Shown: in pieces, positions 14,268 to 27,500 of the stretch
Numbering within the stretch: position 1 is the stretch's first letter
Layout of the letters: each line of letters opens with the position of its first letter
The notes under the pieces: model-generated
Told to the model about the DNA's origin: nothing
Database searches by the model: none
Seen by the model: only the letters and a program-made list of their open reading frames with translations
Translations under genes and position numbers: made by a program
NCBI GenBank assembly: GCA_950097015.1
Contig: CATNEN010000001.1
Span: forward strand, 25,234,001 to 25,298,000
Direction: 5' to 3'
DNA: 64,000 nt
Source of the DNA: Macrostomum hystrix
Taxonomy: Eukaryota; Animalia; Platyhelminthes

Positions 14268-15191
14268 GGCTGTATTTGGAAATTGTTTTGCATTCTGCAG
14301 CAACAAGTGTTATCCACATATTTTTTATAAAGTAGTTTTCTATTGACAATCTCATTCGGAATATGATTGGAACAAATTTTAGCTCAGCTCAATTGAGCAC
14401 TGTTGAGCACTGTGGGCGGTGCAAACTTTGCTAGTCCAATAAGTAACTTTACCGATTCACTGAAACTTCCTTGCCATATATTTAAAAGTAGATTGCAGAA
14501 ATATTTTTCTAGAATTTGCTGTTTCACAATGACTATTTAAGACCGCTTTGTCTTCCCCGCTTTTGTTGTTTTTTTCTCTCAGACCGATGAGTCAAGGAAC
14601 AAATTTTGCCCTGCCTCATTTTTTCCTTTTCTTGCTCTATTTCTTGCTGAAGCAATTGGCACTACTGCCCGGTGTAAGTAGTGTGATTCGGTTTAAACAA
14701 CATATTTACGCATAATATTTAATATTAGTTTGTCCTGACCATCACAGCGTTGTCGCCCAGGAGTTTTACGACATTTTTCATTGTACGAGTAGTTGGCCGT
14801 GAAGTCACACGGATTCGAACTTCCGACCCTCAATCCTTAACCACTTTATAGGACAAAATGTCCTATATTTACTCGGTAAAATAGGTTCAGTAGTTTCAAT
14901 TATTAGAAGTACGGCTCTCTCTAAAGAAAGAAAATAGAAAAAATCTTATCATATGTCTTCTAGATTTCCTGGAATTCATATATTAGCTTCACTTTTTTCT
15001 AGACATATCGGCTAGACTCTAGATAAATCAACCAATCTTGCTTTACCATCAAGAAAAATAAAGTTTAATCTGATTCAAAATTATTCATACATCTAAATCT
15101 CAAAGTTAAACTTTCTATAATATTCTTTTTTCAGGAAGTTTTATGCATTGTCTTTAACTTTATAGTAAAATATTGGGTGAAATACGTCACA

Positions 15192-15850
15192 CAGGGGTCG
15201 ACAAACTCCGGCCCGCGGGCCAGATGCGGCCCTCAAAGCTCCCAAATCCGGCCCGTTGCCCCTTCCGGCACCTATTGTATACAGTTTCATCTTTCCCCTG
15301 CCTCATCTCTCCCGTGTGTCGCCTTTCCCCCTGTCTCATCTCACCCCTTGTCTTATCTCTCCATTGTCTCGTCTCTCCCGTGTCTTGTCTCTCCATTGTC
15401 TCGTCTCTCCCATGTCTTATCTCTCCATTGTCTCGTCTTTCCCGTGTCTTATCTCTCCATTGTCTCGTCTCTCCCGTGTCTTGTCTCTCCATTGTCTCGT
15501 CTCTCCCATGTCTTATCTCTCCATTGTCTCGTCTTTCCCGTGTCTTATCTCTCCATTGTCTCGTCTCTCCCGTGTCTTATCTCTCCATTGTCTCGTCTCT
15601 CCCATGTCTCATCTCTCCCGTGTCTCATCTCTCCCGTATGTCATCTCTCCCGTGTCTCATCTCGCCATTGTCTCGTCTCTCCCGTGTCTCGTCTCTCCCG
15701 TGTCTTATCTCTTCTCTCTCTCATCTCTCCTGTTTCTCATCTCTCCCCTATCTCTGATATATTTCTCTTAGATTTCTACAGTCTGGCGGCCCGCTGTCGT
15801 CTTTTAGGTTCTCTTTTTAACCCGCTAGCTAATAAGCTTGCCGACCCCTG
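15192..15850. mobile_element. hAT (Charlie/MER58-like) non-autonomous MITE containing a 20-bp satellite
   Basis: Terminal inverted repeats CAGGGGTCGACAA...TTGCCGACCCCTG and subterminal CGGCCCGCGGGCCAGATGCGGCCC. The TSD is degenerate. Confidence 0.75.
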
Positions 15851-16849
15851 ACGTACGTATTTGGATTGACGGAATCGGAACAGCGCAATGTTTTCTCAGC
15901 TATCCAGATTTGTCGCGCAATTCTACTAATTCTCTTCTCTAATTGAATTTCTCAATCTGTTGTACACTGCCTATGAGCTGTACTTTTGTAGACTGTTGTC
16001 CAGTTTACACACGCCATTTTTTGTTCTCCACGTTGCTTAAAGCCAATTCTGTCTTTTGTTTAAACTGTTTCCTTTAGAAATTCAACGGAATCATTCCGTT
16101 TTTCTGCTTGGAGACATTCTATTGTGTATTTTTTATTGGTACACGTTCACAGTTGCGAACTGTTTTCCTAATATTTTTTATGTGTTGGAATGTCATGTGC
16201 AATGCTATTATGCTGCTATTTAAATTGTTATCTAGATCATAGTCACCTATTATTATTTATTTAAACTTTATTCTATTTTTTGCAAAAATGTTCTCATAAA
16301 AACGCATGATTTCTTATTATAAGATCTTATGATCAGTGTCATAGTTCAAATCCCCAAATTATCAGATCCCATCAACATTCGCATTATTTAAAATCCCCAT
16401 CAAGTGACAATACCACCAGGTGCAATAAATATTTGAGTTTTTTTAATCGCTTGCTCCCAATTTTCGAACTATTTTCCCTGCTTTTTTCGTTTTGATTTAA
16501 AGGCAGTGTGATATTAAAGAGAAGCGAAGTTATAATATTACTACTATTAGTTGCGATAATTGACAAAATAGTTACGAAAGTACACCTGCGGCGATCACAC
16601 GCTTTGAATATGCTTATCTAATGCTTACTGTGTACATAGTTAATTAGTATATACTCGCGTTTGCATAATTGTTCAATTAAGCTCGTATTTAAATTGCGTT
16701 TGTACAGAAAGCCTTAAAAAAGGTCCTGCTTCTATTGTGCTTATTTATCTGTTTCTTAGTTGCTTCTTTTAATAGCAAACGGTACTTCAGTCTATTTGCC
16801 TGGGCTTAATATCTCTGTTTTGGTTTGATAGTTTGATAGAAATCAATTT

Positions 16850-17745
16850 TAAATCCCTTCTCACCTGTTTTTCCTTTCTGATTCTTAAATCCCATTCTCA
16901 CCTGTTTTTCCTTCCTGATTCTTAAATCCCATTCTCACCTGTATTTCCTTTCTGATTCTTAAATCCCATTCTCACCTGTTTTTCCTTCCTGATTCTTAAA
17001 TCCCATTCTCACCTGTATTTCCTTTCTGATTCTTAAATCCCATTCTCACCTGTATTCCCATTATGCTTTTCAAATCCCATTCTCACCTGTATTCCCCTTA
17101 TGCTTCTCAAATCCCATTCTCACCTGTTATTCCCCTTATGCTTCTTAAATCCCATTCTCACCTGTTATTCCCCTTATGCTTCTTAAATCCCATTCTCACC
17201 TGTTTTTCCTTTCTGATTCTTAAATCCCATTCTCACCTGTATTCCCATTATGCTTCTCAAATCCCATTCTCACCTGTATTCCCCTTATGCTTCTTAAATC
17301 CCATTCTCACCTGTTATTCCCCTTCTGCTTCTTAAATCCCATTCTCACCTGTATTTCCTTTCTGATTCTTAAATCCCATTCTCACCTGTATTCCCATTAT
17401 GCTTTTCAAATCCCATTCTCACCTGTATTCCCCTTATGCTTCTCAAATCCCATTCTCACCTGTTATTCCCCTTATGCTTCTTAAATCCCATTCTCACCTG
17501 TTATTCCCCTTATGCTTCTTAAATCCCATTCTCACCTGTTTTTCCTTTCTGATTCTTAAATCCCATTCTCACCTGTATTCCCATTATGCTTCTCAAATCC
17601 CATTCTCACCTGTATTCCCATTATGCTTCTCAAATCCCATTCTCACCTGTATTCCCCTTATGCTTCTTAAATCCCATTCTCACCTGTTATTCCCCTTCTG
17701 CTTCTTAAATCCCATTCTCACCTGTATCCCCTTCTGTTTCTCAAT
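16850..17745. repeat. ~36-38-bp minisatellite
   Basis: AAATCCCATTCTCACCTGT... units. Confidence 0.9.
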
Positions 17746-18505
17746 CTTCCCCTAGTTCTCCATTTCTTTATTCTCCATATTTCTCTTTCCTACAGGATGC
17801 AAACTTTTTTATGAGATTTCTTAATTAATAACAATTGTTTATAAAAAGCCAATGCACTGAGTAAATAAGCAATGCTCTATTTTGTTTTTTATTTTGTCAC
17901 CTGTTATTGTTCCGGTAAAGTTTGTACTCCAACTGAACTTCAGAGTTTTTCACAACAAGCTGTTAGAAAATTTGTTATATAAACCCGTCATAGGCTAATC
18001 GATAGTATCTGGTGTGACGTCATTGATTGGTGAGGATGAAGCAATGTTGTGAGTGACGTCACTCGTGCTATCGATTGAAACTTTTTCATTATTTTTTGTA
18101 GGACTTTGTTGTCATTTTTTAATAAATAATTTATGCGACTTAGTTAATGACGGAATTGTCGATCGATAATTTCGGATGTGATGCAACAAGTGACCTAATT
18201 TATCGATCGATAATTTCTAATGTTATGCAATAGGTGGCGTAGTTTATCGACAGATAATTTCAGTTCCATCGCATTTCATGTTAGCAGTTAGAGGCATTAT
18301 TTATCGATCGATAATTCCGTTCTGTCTCACCCTGAAGATTCACGCCTACAGATAATTTAATTTCAGCCTGAAAGAGCGAGCCAATCAGAAGCGAGCAAGC
18401 TTAATCAAAACTGGCCCCCACCCCAACTGACTCTAACGCCAAACCGGCCAATCAGAGCGAAGATAGCAACAACCCTGGGGCTGCCCGCACACCCGCGCGA
18501 GATTC

Positions 18506-21500
18506 ATGACTAAAGAGGCCACGGAATCTTCTGGCGAGGCCATCCATCGGCCCGCTGACGCTGTTGCTTCCGACTTCGCCGAAGCCGAAGTTATGCTGAC
18601 TGAGGCGGACGCGGCCTCGATGACTCCAATGAGCCTGCAGGAGGCCGGCATCAACTTGGCCGACCTGCGCTACCGGGGCGAGGGCAACTACACCCTGGTG
18701 GCCGCCTTGGAGAAGGTGACGCATTTTCTTTTTTCTTTTTATCCTCATTATTTATCACCCTTGCCTTTTTACCTATTTCATCCCTCAAATCCGTTCCGTT
18801 TTATCCCATTCCCTGCATACTAGTTTTTTCCCCTCCAGTCCACTCAAGCAAATTTTCCCCTATTCAACAGTTTTATCCCCTTCCCCTAGTCTACAGTTTT
18901 ATCCCCTTCAACTATTCAACTAATCAGTCTTTCGTGTATTACTTTTATGTCAAAAGATATTTAATAGCGATATATTTTCACCCCTTTGCTTCTCTGAACT
19001 CACCCTACTCAGAAGCGACAAGTGCTGCGCTTTCGCAAGGTCAAGGAGCCCTACGAAAAGATGCCTACAAATAAGGTAATGACGTCATCATTGATTTCTG
19101 ACTGCCGGATCTGTAGACCAGACTGAATCTCACACTAGATCAGACTGAATCTCACACTAGATCAGACTGAACCATACACTAGATCAGACTGAATCTCACA
19201 CTAGATCAGACTGAATCTCACACTAGATCACACTGAATCTCACACTAGATCAGACTGAATCTCACACTAGATCAGGAAAGATCTCACACTAGATCAGACT
19301 AGATCTCACACTAGATCAGACTGAATCTCACACTAGATCAGACTGGATCTCACACTAGATCAGACTAGATCTCACGCTAGATCAGACTAGATCTCACGCT
19401 AGATCAGACTGGATCTCACACTAGATCAGACTGAATCTCACACTAGATCAGACTAGATCTCACACTAGATCAGACTGAATCTCACACTAGATCAGACTGG
19501 ATCTCACACTAGATCAGACTGAATCTTACACTAGATCAGACTGAATCTCACACTAGATCAGACTGAATCTCACACTAGATCAGACTGAATCTCACACTAG
19601 ATCAGACTGAATCTCACACTAGATCAAACTGAATCTCACACTAGATCAGACTGAATCTCACACTAGATCAGACTGAATCTTACACTAGATCAGACTGAAT
19701 CTCACACTAGATCAGACTGAATCTTACACTAGATTAGACTGAATCTCACACTAGATCAGACTGAATCTTACACTAGATCAGACTGAATCTCACACTAGAT
19801 CAGACTGAATCTCACACTAGATCAGACTGAATCTCACACTAGATCAGACTGAATCTCACACTAGATCAGACTGAATCTCACACTAGATCAGACTATATCT
19901 CACGCTAGATCAGACTGGATCTCACGCTAGATCAGACTAGATCTCACGCTAGATCAGACTAGATCTCACGCTAGATCAGACTGGATCTCACGCTAGATCA
20001 GACTGGATCTCACGCTAGATCAGACTAGATCTCGCGCTAGATCAGACTGGATCTCACGCTAGATCAGACTGAATCTCACACTAGATCAGACTAGATCTCA
20101 CACTAGATCAGACTAGATCTCACACTAGATCAGACTGGATCTCACACTAGATCAGACTGGATCTCACACTAGATCAGACTGAATCTCACACTAGATCAGA
20201 CTAGATCTCACACTAGATCAGACTAGATCTCACACTAGATCAGACTGGATCTCACACTAGATCAGACTGAATCTCACACTAGATCAGACTGAATCTCACA
20301 CTAGATCAGACTGAATCTCACACTAGATCAGACTGAATCTCACACTAGATCAGACTGAATCTCACACTAGATCAGACTGAATCTCACACTAGATCAGACT
20401 AGATCTCACGCTAGATCAGACTAGATCTCACGCTAGATCAGACTAGATCTCACACTAGATCAGACTAGATCTCACGCTAGATCAGACTGAATCTCACACT
20501 AGATCAGACTAAATCTCACACTAGATCAGACTGAATCTCACGCTAGATCAGACTAGATCTCACGCTAGATCAGACTAGATCTCACACTAGATCAGACTAG
20601 ATCTCACGCTAGATCAGTCTGATCTCAAACGATGAACTATTTACTATAACGAAATATTTTTCAGTTTCCATCTCGGGCCTCATCGCTAAAAGCAGAGTTG
20701 AACCGTTTTAGTTTGCACTGCCTTCAGTTTCTGCTGTTCTTGCCTTTGAGTTTGCTGCTACTTTCTGAGCAAGTGGAGCCATCTGGCTTTACTTTCTCAA
20801 CCAGTAGGTTGCAAATGCTTACTTCTGAGAGGCGTCTGAGTCGGTACTGCTCAAATAGGATTGCTCAGTTCATGGTAGAAATGAGTTAAACCAGAGTGCA
20901 ACAAATAGCATATTTTTTTTTAATTGTAAATTTTTATTGTCTTTTTTTACTTGTGTGACTTACTGACTAATTTGATTGCTAAGTAACAAATATTTATTAT
21001 CCGTTTTTTAACCTGTCTGTTTGGGTTTGTAAAAATACGGATTGCTAATCTATTCTATTGACTGCTAGAAACACAAATGGATTGCTAATCTATTTGATAA
21101 ACAATTAGAAACGCAAATGGATTGCTAATCTATTCTATTGACTGCTAGAAACACAAATGGATTGCTAATCTATTTGATAAACAATTAGAAACGCAAATGG
21201 ATTGCTAATCTATTTGATAAACAATTAGAAACGCAAATGGATTGCTAATCTATTTGATAAACAATTAGAAACGCAAATGGATTGCTAATCTATTTGATAA
21301 ACAATTAGAAACGCAAATGGATTGCTAATCTATTTGATAAACAATTAGAAACGCAAATGGATTGCTAATCTATTTGATAAACAATTAGAAACACAAACGG
21401 ATTGCTAATCTATTCTATAGACTGTTAGAAACACAAACGGATTGCTAATCTATTTGATAAACAATTAGAAACGCAAATGGATTGCTAATCTATTTGATAA

Positions 21501-24500
21501 ACAATTAGAAACGCAAATGGATTGCTAATCTATTTGATAAACAATTAGAAACGCAAATGGATTGCTAATCTATTTGATAAACAATTAGAAACGCAAATGG
21601 ATTGCTAATCTATTTGATAAACAATTAGAAACGCAAATGGATTGCTAATCTATTTGATAAACAATTAGAAACACAAACGGATTGCTAATCTATTCTATAG
21701 ACTGTTAGAAACACAAACGGATTGCTAATCTATTTGATAAACAATTAGAAACGCAAATGGATTGCTAATCTATTTGATAAACAATTAGAAACGCAAATGG
21801 ATTGCTAATCTATTTGATAAACAATTAGAAACGCAAATGGATTGCTAATCTATTTGATAAACAATTAGAAACACAAATGGATTGCTAATCTATTTGATAA
21901 ACAATTAGAAACACAAATGGATTGCTAATCTATTCTATTGACTGCTAGAAACACAAATGGATTGCTAATCTATTCTATAGACTGTTAGAAACACAAATGG
22001 ATTGCTAATCTATTCTATAGACTGCTAGAAACACAAATGGATTGCTAATCTATTCTATAGACTGTTAGAAACACAAACGGATTGCTAATCTATTCTATAG
22101 ACTGCTAGAAACACACATGGATTGCTAATCTATTCTATTGACTGCTAGAAACACAAATGGATTGCTAATCTATTTGATAAACAATTAGAAACGCAAATGG
22201 ATTGCTAATCTATTTGATAAACAATTAGAAACGCAAATGGATTGCTAATCTATTTGATAAACAATTAGAAACGCAAATGGATTGCTAATCTATTTGATAA
22301 ACAATTAGAAACGCAAATGGATTGCTAATCTATTTGATAAACAATTAGAAACACAAACGGATTGCTAATCTATTCTATAGACTGTTAGAAACACAAACGG
22401 ATTGCTAATCTATTTGATAAACAATTAGAAACGCAAATGGATTGCTAATCTATTTGATAAACAATTAGAAACGCAAATGGATTGCTAATCTATTTGATAA
22501 ACAATTAGAAACGCAAATGGATTGCTAATCTATTTGATAAACAATTAGAAACGCAAATGGATTGCTAATCTATTTGATAAACAATTAGAAACGCAAATGG
22601 ATTGCTAATCTATTTGATAAACAATTAGAAACACAAACGGATTGCTAATCTATTCTATAGACTGTTAGAAACACAAACGGATTGCTAATCTATTTGATAA
22701 ACAATTAGAAACGCAAATGGATTGCTAATCTATTTGATAAACAATTAGAAACGCAAATGGATTGCTAATCTATTTGATAAACAATTAGAAACGCAAATGG
22801 ATTGCTAATCTATTTGATAAACAATTAGAAACACAAATGGATTGCTAATCTATTTGATAAACAATTAGAAACACAAATGGATTGCTAATCTATTCTATTG
22901 ACTGCTAGAAACACAAATGGATTGCTAATCTATTCTATAGACTGTTAGAAACACAAATGGATTGCTAATCTATTCTATAGACTGCTAGAAACACAAATGG
23001 ATTGCTAATCTATTCTATAGACTGTTAGAAACACAAACGGATTGCTAATCTATTCTATAGACTGCTAGAAACACACATGGATTGCTAATCTATTCTATTG
23101 ACTGCTAGAAACACAAATGGATTGCTAATCTATTCTATTGACTGCTAGAAACACACATGGATTGCTAATCTATTCTATAGACTGCTAGAAACACACATGG
23201 ATTGCTAATCTATTCTATTGACTGCTAGAAACACAAATGGATTGCTAATCTATTCTATAGACTGTTAGAAACACAAATGGATTGCTAATCTATTCTATAG
23301 ACTGCTAGAAACACAAATGGATTGCTAATCTATTCTATAGACTGTTAGAAACACAAACGGATTGCTAATCTATTCTATAGACTGTTAGGAAAAAATAGAT
23401 TTCTGACTTACACGATTGACTATAAGAAACACAGAACTGATGCTAAAAAGTTTTCTGTTTTACTTGTGATTTGTATTGCAAACTGTCACAGGAGATAGAA
23501 CATATGGCAGTTCATTTCCTATTTATTGATGACATGCACCTTTGCACCCACCCGCAGGCCAAGCTGTGCCACTCCTGCCACCTGAGTGTCTGCGAACCAG
23601 ACTGCTTAAACTCGGAGCAGCTGATTGGCTCGGTTGCTGATTCGTCATCGCTGCCCGGCACCTGCAGCTGCCCAATCTCCAAGCCCCACTGCTGCAGGTG
23701 CTATCATTCTCGCCTTATCAGCATCAAAAAGCTGCAGAGTCGCAAACTTAAGAAGCCGCCAAAGTCCTTGAACCTCACCTACATGTACATCGAGACTGTA
23801 ATGAAGCACCTGCTTGGTGTGCGCTTCATACCGCCTATTGTGAGTTATTTAGCATCAACCTTGCTAAGGTGTCCTCAACCTAAACCCTTCAGGTGCAACC
23901 CTTACCCAACCTAAAACCTTCAGGTGCAACCCTTACCCAACCTAAAACCTTCAGGTGCAACCCTTACCCAACCTAAAACCTTCAGGTGCAACCCTTACCC
24001 AACCTAAAACCTTCAGGTGCAACCCTTACCCAACCTAAAACCTTCAGGTGCAAGCCTTAATTAACCTAAAGCCTTCAGGTGTTACCCTCAGCTACCTAAC
24101 CTAAAAGCTTCAGGTGTTACCCTCAGCTACCTAACCTAAAAGCTTCAGGTGTTACCTTCAGCTACCTAACCTAAACCTTCAGGTGTTACCCTCAGCTACC
24201 TAACCTAAAGCCTTCAGGTGTTACCCTCAGCTACCTAACCTAAAGCCTTCAGGTGTTACCCTCAGCTACCTAACCTAAAGCCTTCAGGTGTTACCCTCAG
24301 CTACCTAACCTAAAGCCTCAGATACCTAACCTAAAACCTTCAGGTGTTACCCTCAGCTACCTAACCTAAAACCTTTAGGTGCTCCCCTTAAAAGCCTACT
24401 TACACTATCAGTAAATAATTTTAGTTACTGATCAAAGCTTCAGCAATCTGTCTCCCAGTAACAATGAGGCGCCCCACCCGGCGACTCAAATCAATCTCCA

Positions 24501-27500
24501 CAAACCTCACCCATGCCGCAGGAGGTGCTGCACGTGGACACAGATTCGCTGCGTCAAATCAACGACCTGATGCGGCCGTTTCGACCCCAGCTGCGTCTGG
24601 CGAAAGACATCGACGTGCACTATCACGAGGCCATCATCACTTCTGATGTGGCCTTCCTACCGCCTGAGTTCGATCCCTACGTGCTCAATGGGAGGCCGTC
24701 ACTGTGTATTGAAATCAAGGTAAATTGAAACGAGCCGCACACTAATTATACAGCAACGCTGCTATTTATTATTTCAGTATTGTTTATTTGTGACTATTGG
24801 AACTGATTGGCATTGTCCTTGGGCATTGTCACAGCTCATCATGGATGCCCACTGATCCGCCATAGTCGGTGGCAGCGGAGCCGGTGAATTCTCGCAGCGC
24901 TTCCAGCACCTCCGCTCTGCTCAGGCTGCCGTCCTTGTCCTTGTCTGCCGCTGCCATCAGCCTGTCCGCCTCCTCCGCGGCCTCGAGTTCCGCCTCGCCG
25001 TCGGCCTCGCCATCCTTGCCCTTCGCCGACTCCTCGAGATAGTCCAGCATCTTCTCCATCTCATTGGCGTCCAGCTGGCCGTCTTTGTCTGCATCCCAGA
25101 GTTCGCGGAAATTCTTCGCGTCCTCTTCTGACGCAGTCGTCGGCGTCGCCGATTCCGGCGCTCCGGCGAGGAATTCGGCCAGCGAGACTCGGCCGTCGCC
25201 ATCGGAGTCCATTCGCTCGAGCGCCTCCAGCGCCAGCACTCGACGCATCGCTGGCGACGGAGTTGACCAGGGCGCGGTGCCTTCTGCCAGGGCGAATGCG
25301 GCGAATTCCTTGCGGCTCAGCTGACCGTCGCCGTCAGCGTCGGCTGCCTCCCAGCGGCGACGATCGCGGCCCAACTCGACGGCCAGGCGCTGCTGATGCT
25401 GCTCCTTGCCATCAGATACTTGCTTCGCTGATTCCTTGTCGCCTGCGGGCCTCTGTTTCGGCAGCTCCGGCATGCCCACCTTGATGCCCGCCTTGTCTAT
25501 GCCCGTCTCCTTGCTGGCCTCTTCAATGGCTCGCTTTACATCGGCGTGAAGCTCCGCCTGCTGTTGCTCCTTGAGCTGATTGTCATCGCCTTCTGCTGAG
25601 TCCCAGCCAGCCGCTCTCCTGGCTGCGTGCGACTCCCAGTCCAGTCGAGTCTCAGCAGCTCCTGGCTCAGCCGAGGCCGCGGTGGTCAGGTTGTAGGCCT
25701 GCCAGGCTTCGTCCAGATCTCTTTCAGCCAGCTGCCTGTTGGCCTCGGCCAGCCAGCCCGTCAGCTCCTGCCGGGTCACCTTGCCATCCTTGTTCGCGTC
25801 CAGCTTCTCGTCGTAGAGCTTCGCCAGACTGTCCCTGGCTCTAGCCAGCTGCTCGACTGAGAAGTCTTCTTCATCAGCCGGCAAGGATTCCTCGGCACTG
25901 CTGCAGTGTGCCCAGCTAACAAAAGCTTGCAGTGAGAGCACAATGCCTAGCAGCCTTGCTAGCTGCATTGCCACGTGTCTTAGCTGCCACTCCGAGCCCA
26001 GCTCTGTCCATCCATTTATTCATTTTTCTGAGCAGAACTGACTCATTTTTATTGCAGACTTCCATCGTGTGCGCACGTGAGACACCCACCCCAATCTCCG
26101 CCACACAATGGCCCTCGGCCCCATTGTCTCTCATTCTCTGTCTCCCATACCCCTGTCTGTCAGGCTAACTGCGAGCTAGCCGCTTGAGTCGATGAACTCA
26201 AACTGAATGTATATTTGTACATTCTGCATTGTGCTAATGTAATAAAAAGATATGACTCAATTGTGTTAAATTGTGTTAAATTGTGTGGATTAATAAAAAT
26301 CAATGTATTCTGACAGATGTTTGCCTCAGCAGCTGTTACCCATTTTACAGTCTGGACAATAAAGCATTTAGGAATTCAATGTCTTGTTCAATAAATAAAA
26401 TTGTCTCCCTTTGTTGCTAAGGATTCGAACTCCCAACGTCTTAGAATTCCGCAGCTCCATGCCAACCAATGAGAGGCAAGCTCCCAAATTGGCCAATAGC
26501 GCGATAGGATTTTAATCACATCAATTGTCCGATCCCCATCAGGCCAAACAGGGCTTCATTCCGGTGTCAACGCAGGTGCAAGAGAAGGTGCGCCGGACTT
26601 GGTGCAGATTCTGTCTGATGCAGTTTCATCTGGTGAGCGAGTGTTTCAGCCCTAAAATTTCTTTTTCTTTTTTCACATTCTCATTTGCTAGATTTTCTCA
26701 TATTTCTACCTGCTTCTAGAAGAAAGGACGGCAGTACAATACTAGAAGTCAGTATTGCCCGTGCGATCTGTTCTCAGGGTGAGTGAACTATTTTTACTAC
26801 TCATAATACAAAGCTTAGAAGCTTTCTAAAGTTGGTAATTACTTTGCGGATTACAGCGACAAAACTCGAATGATTTCGGCCCTGAATGCGCTGATTGAGA
26901 CGCCTCAGATTAATCTGCGAGTTTTTCAGGTGAGCTCAGGTTTTCCTTGTGTACTTTTCACCCGGATATTAAGCCATTTGTTAAACATCCCATGCTCAAC
27001 CCAATGAAAACAACTCTACACTTTAGCCCAATGTACACTCCCCCTACCAACTCAGCCCAATGTACACTCCCCCTACCAACTCAGCCCAATGTACACTCCC
27101 CCTACCAACTCAGCCCAATGTACACTCCCCCTACCAACTCAGCCTAATGTACACTCCCCCTACCAACTCAGCCCAATGTACACTCCCCCTACCAACTCAG
27201 CCCAATGTACACTCCCCCTACCAACTCAGCCCAATGTACACTCCCCCTACCAACTCAGCCTAATGTACACTCCCCCTACCAACTCAGCCCAATGTACACT
27301 CCCCCTACCAACTCAGCCCAATGTACACTCCCCCTACCAACTCAGCCTAATGTACACTCCCCCTACCAACTCAGCCCAATGTACACTCCCCCTACCAACT
27401 CAGCCCAATGTACACTCCCCCTACCAACTCAGCCCAATGTACACTCCCCCTACCAACTCAGCCCAATGTACACTCCCCCTACCAACTCAGCCCAATGTAC

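Noticed and set aside
18015-18061. Paired CRE (TGACGTCA) sites upstream of IPPK
   Set aside because: The motifs are present, but short motifs alone cannot support a functional call.
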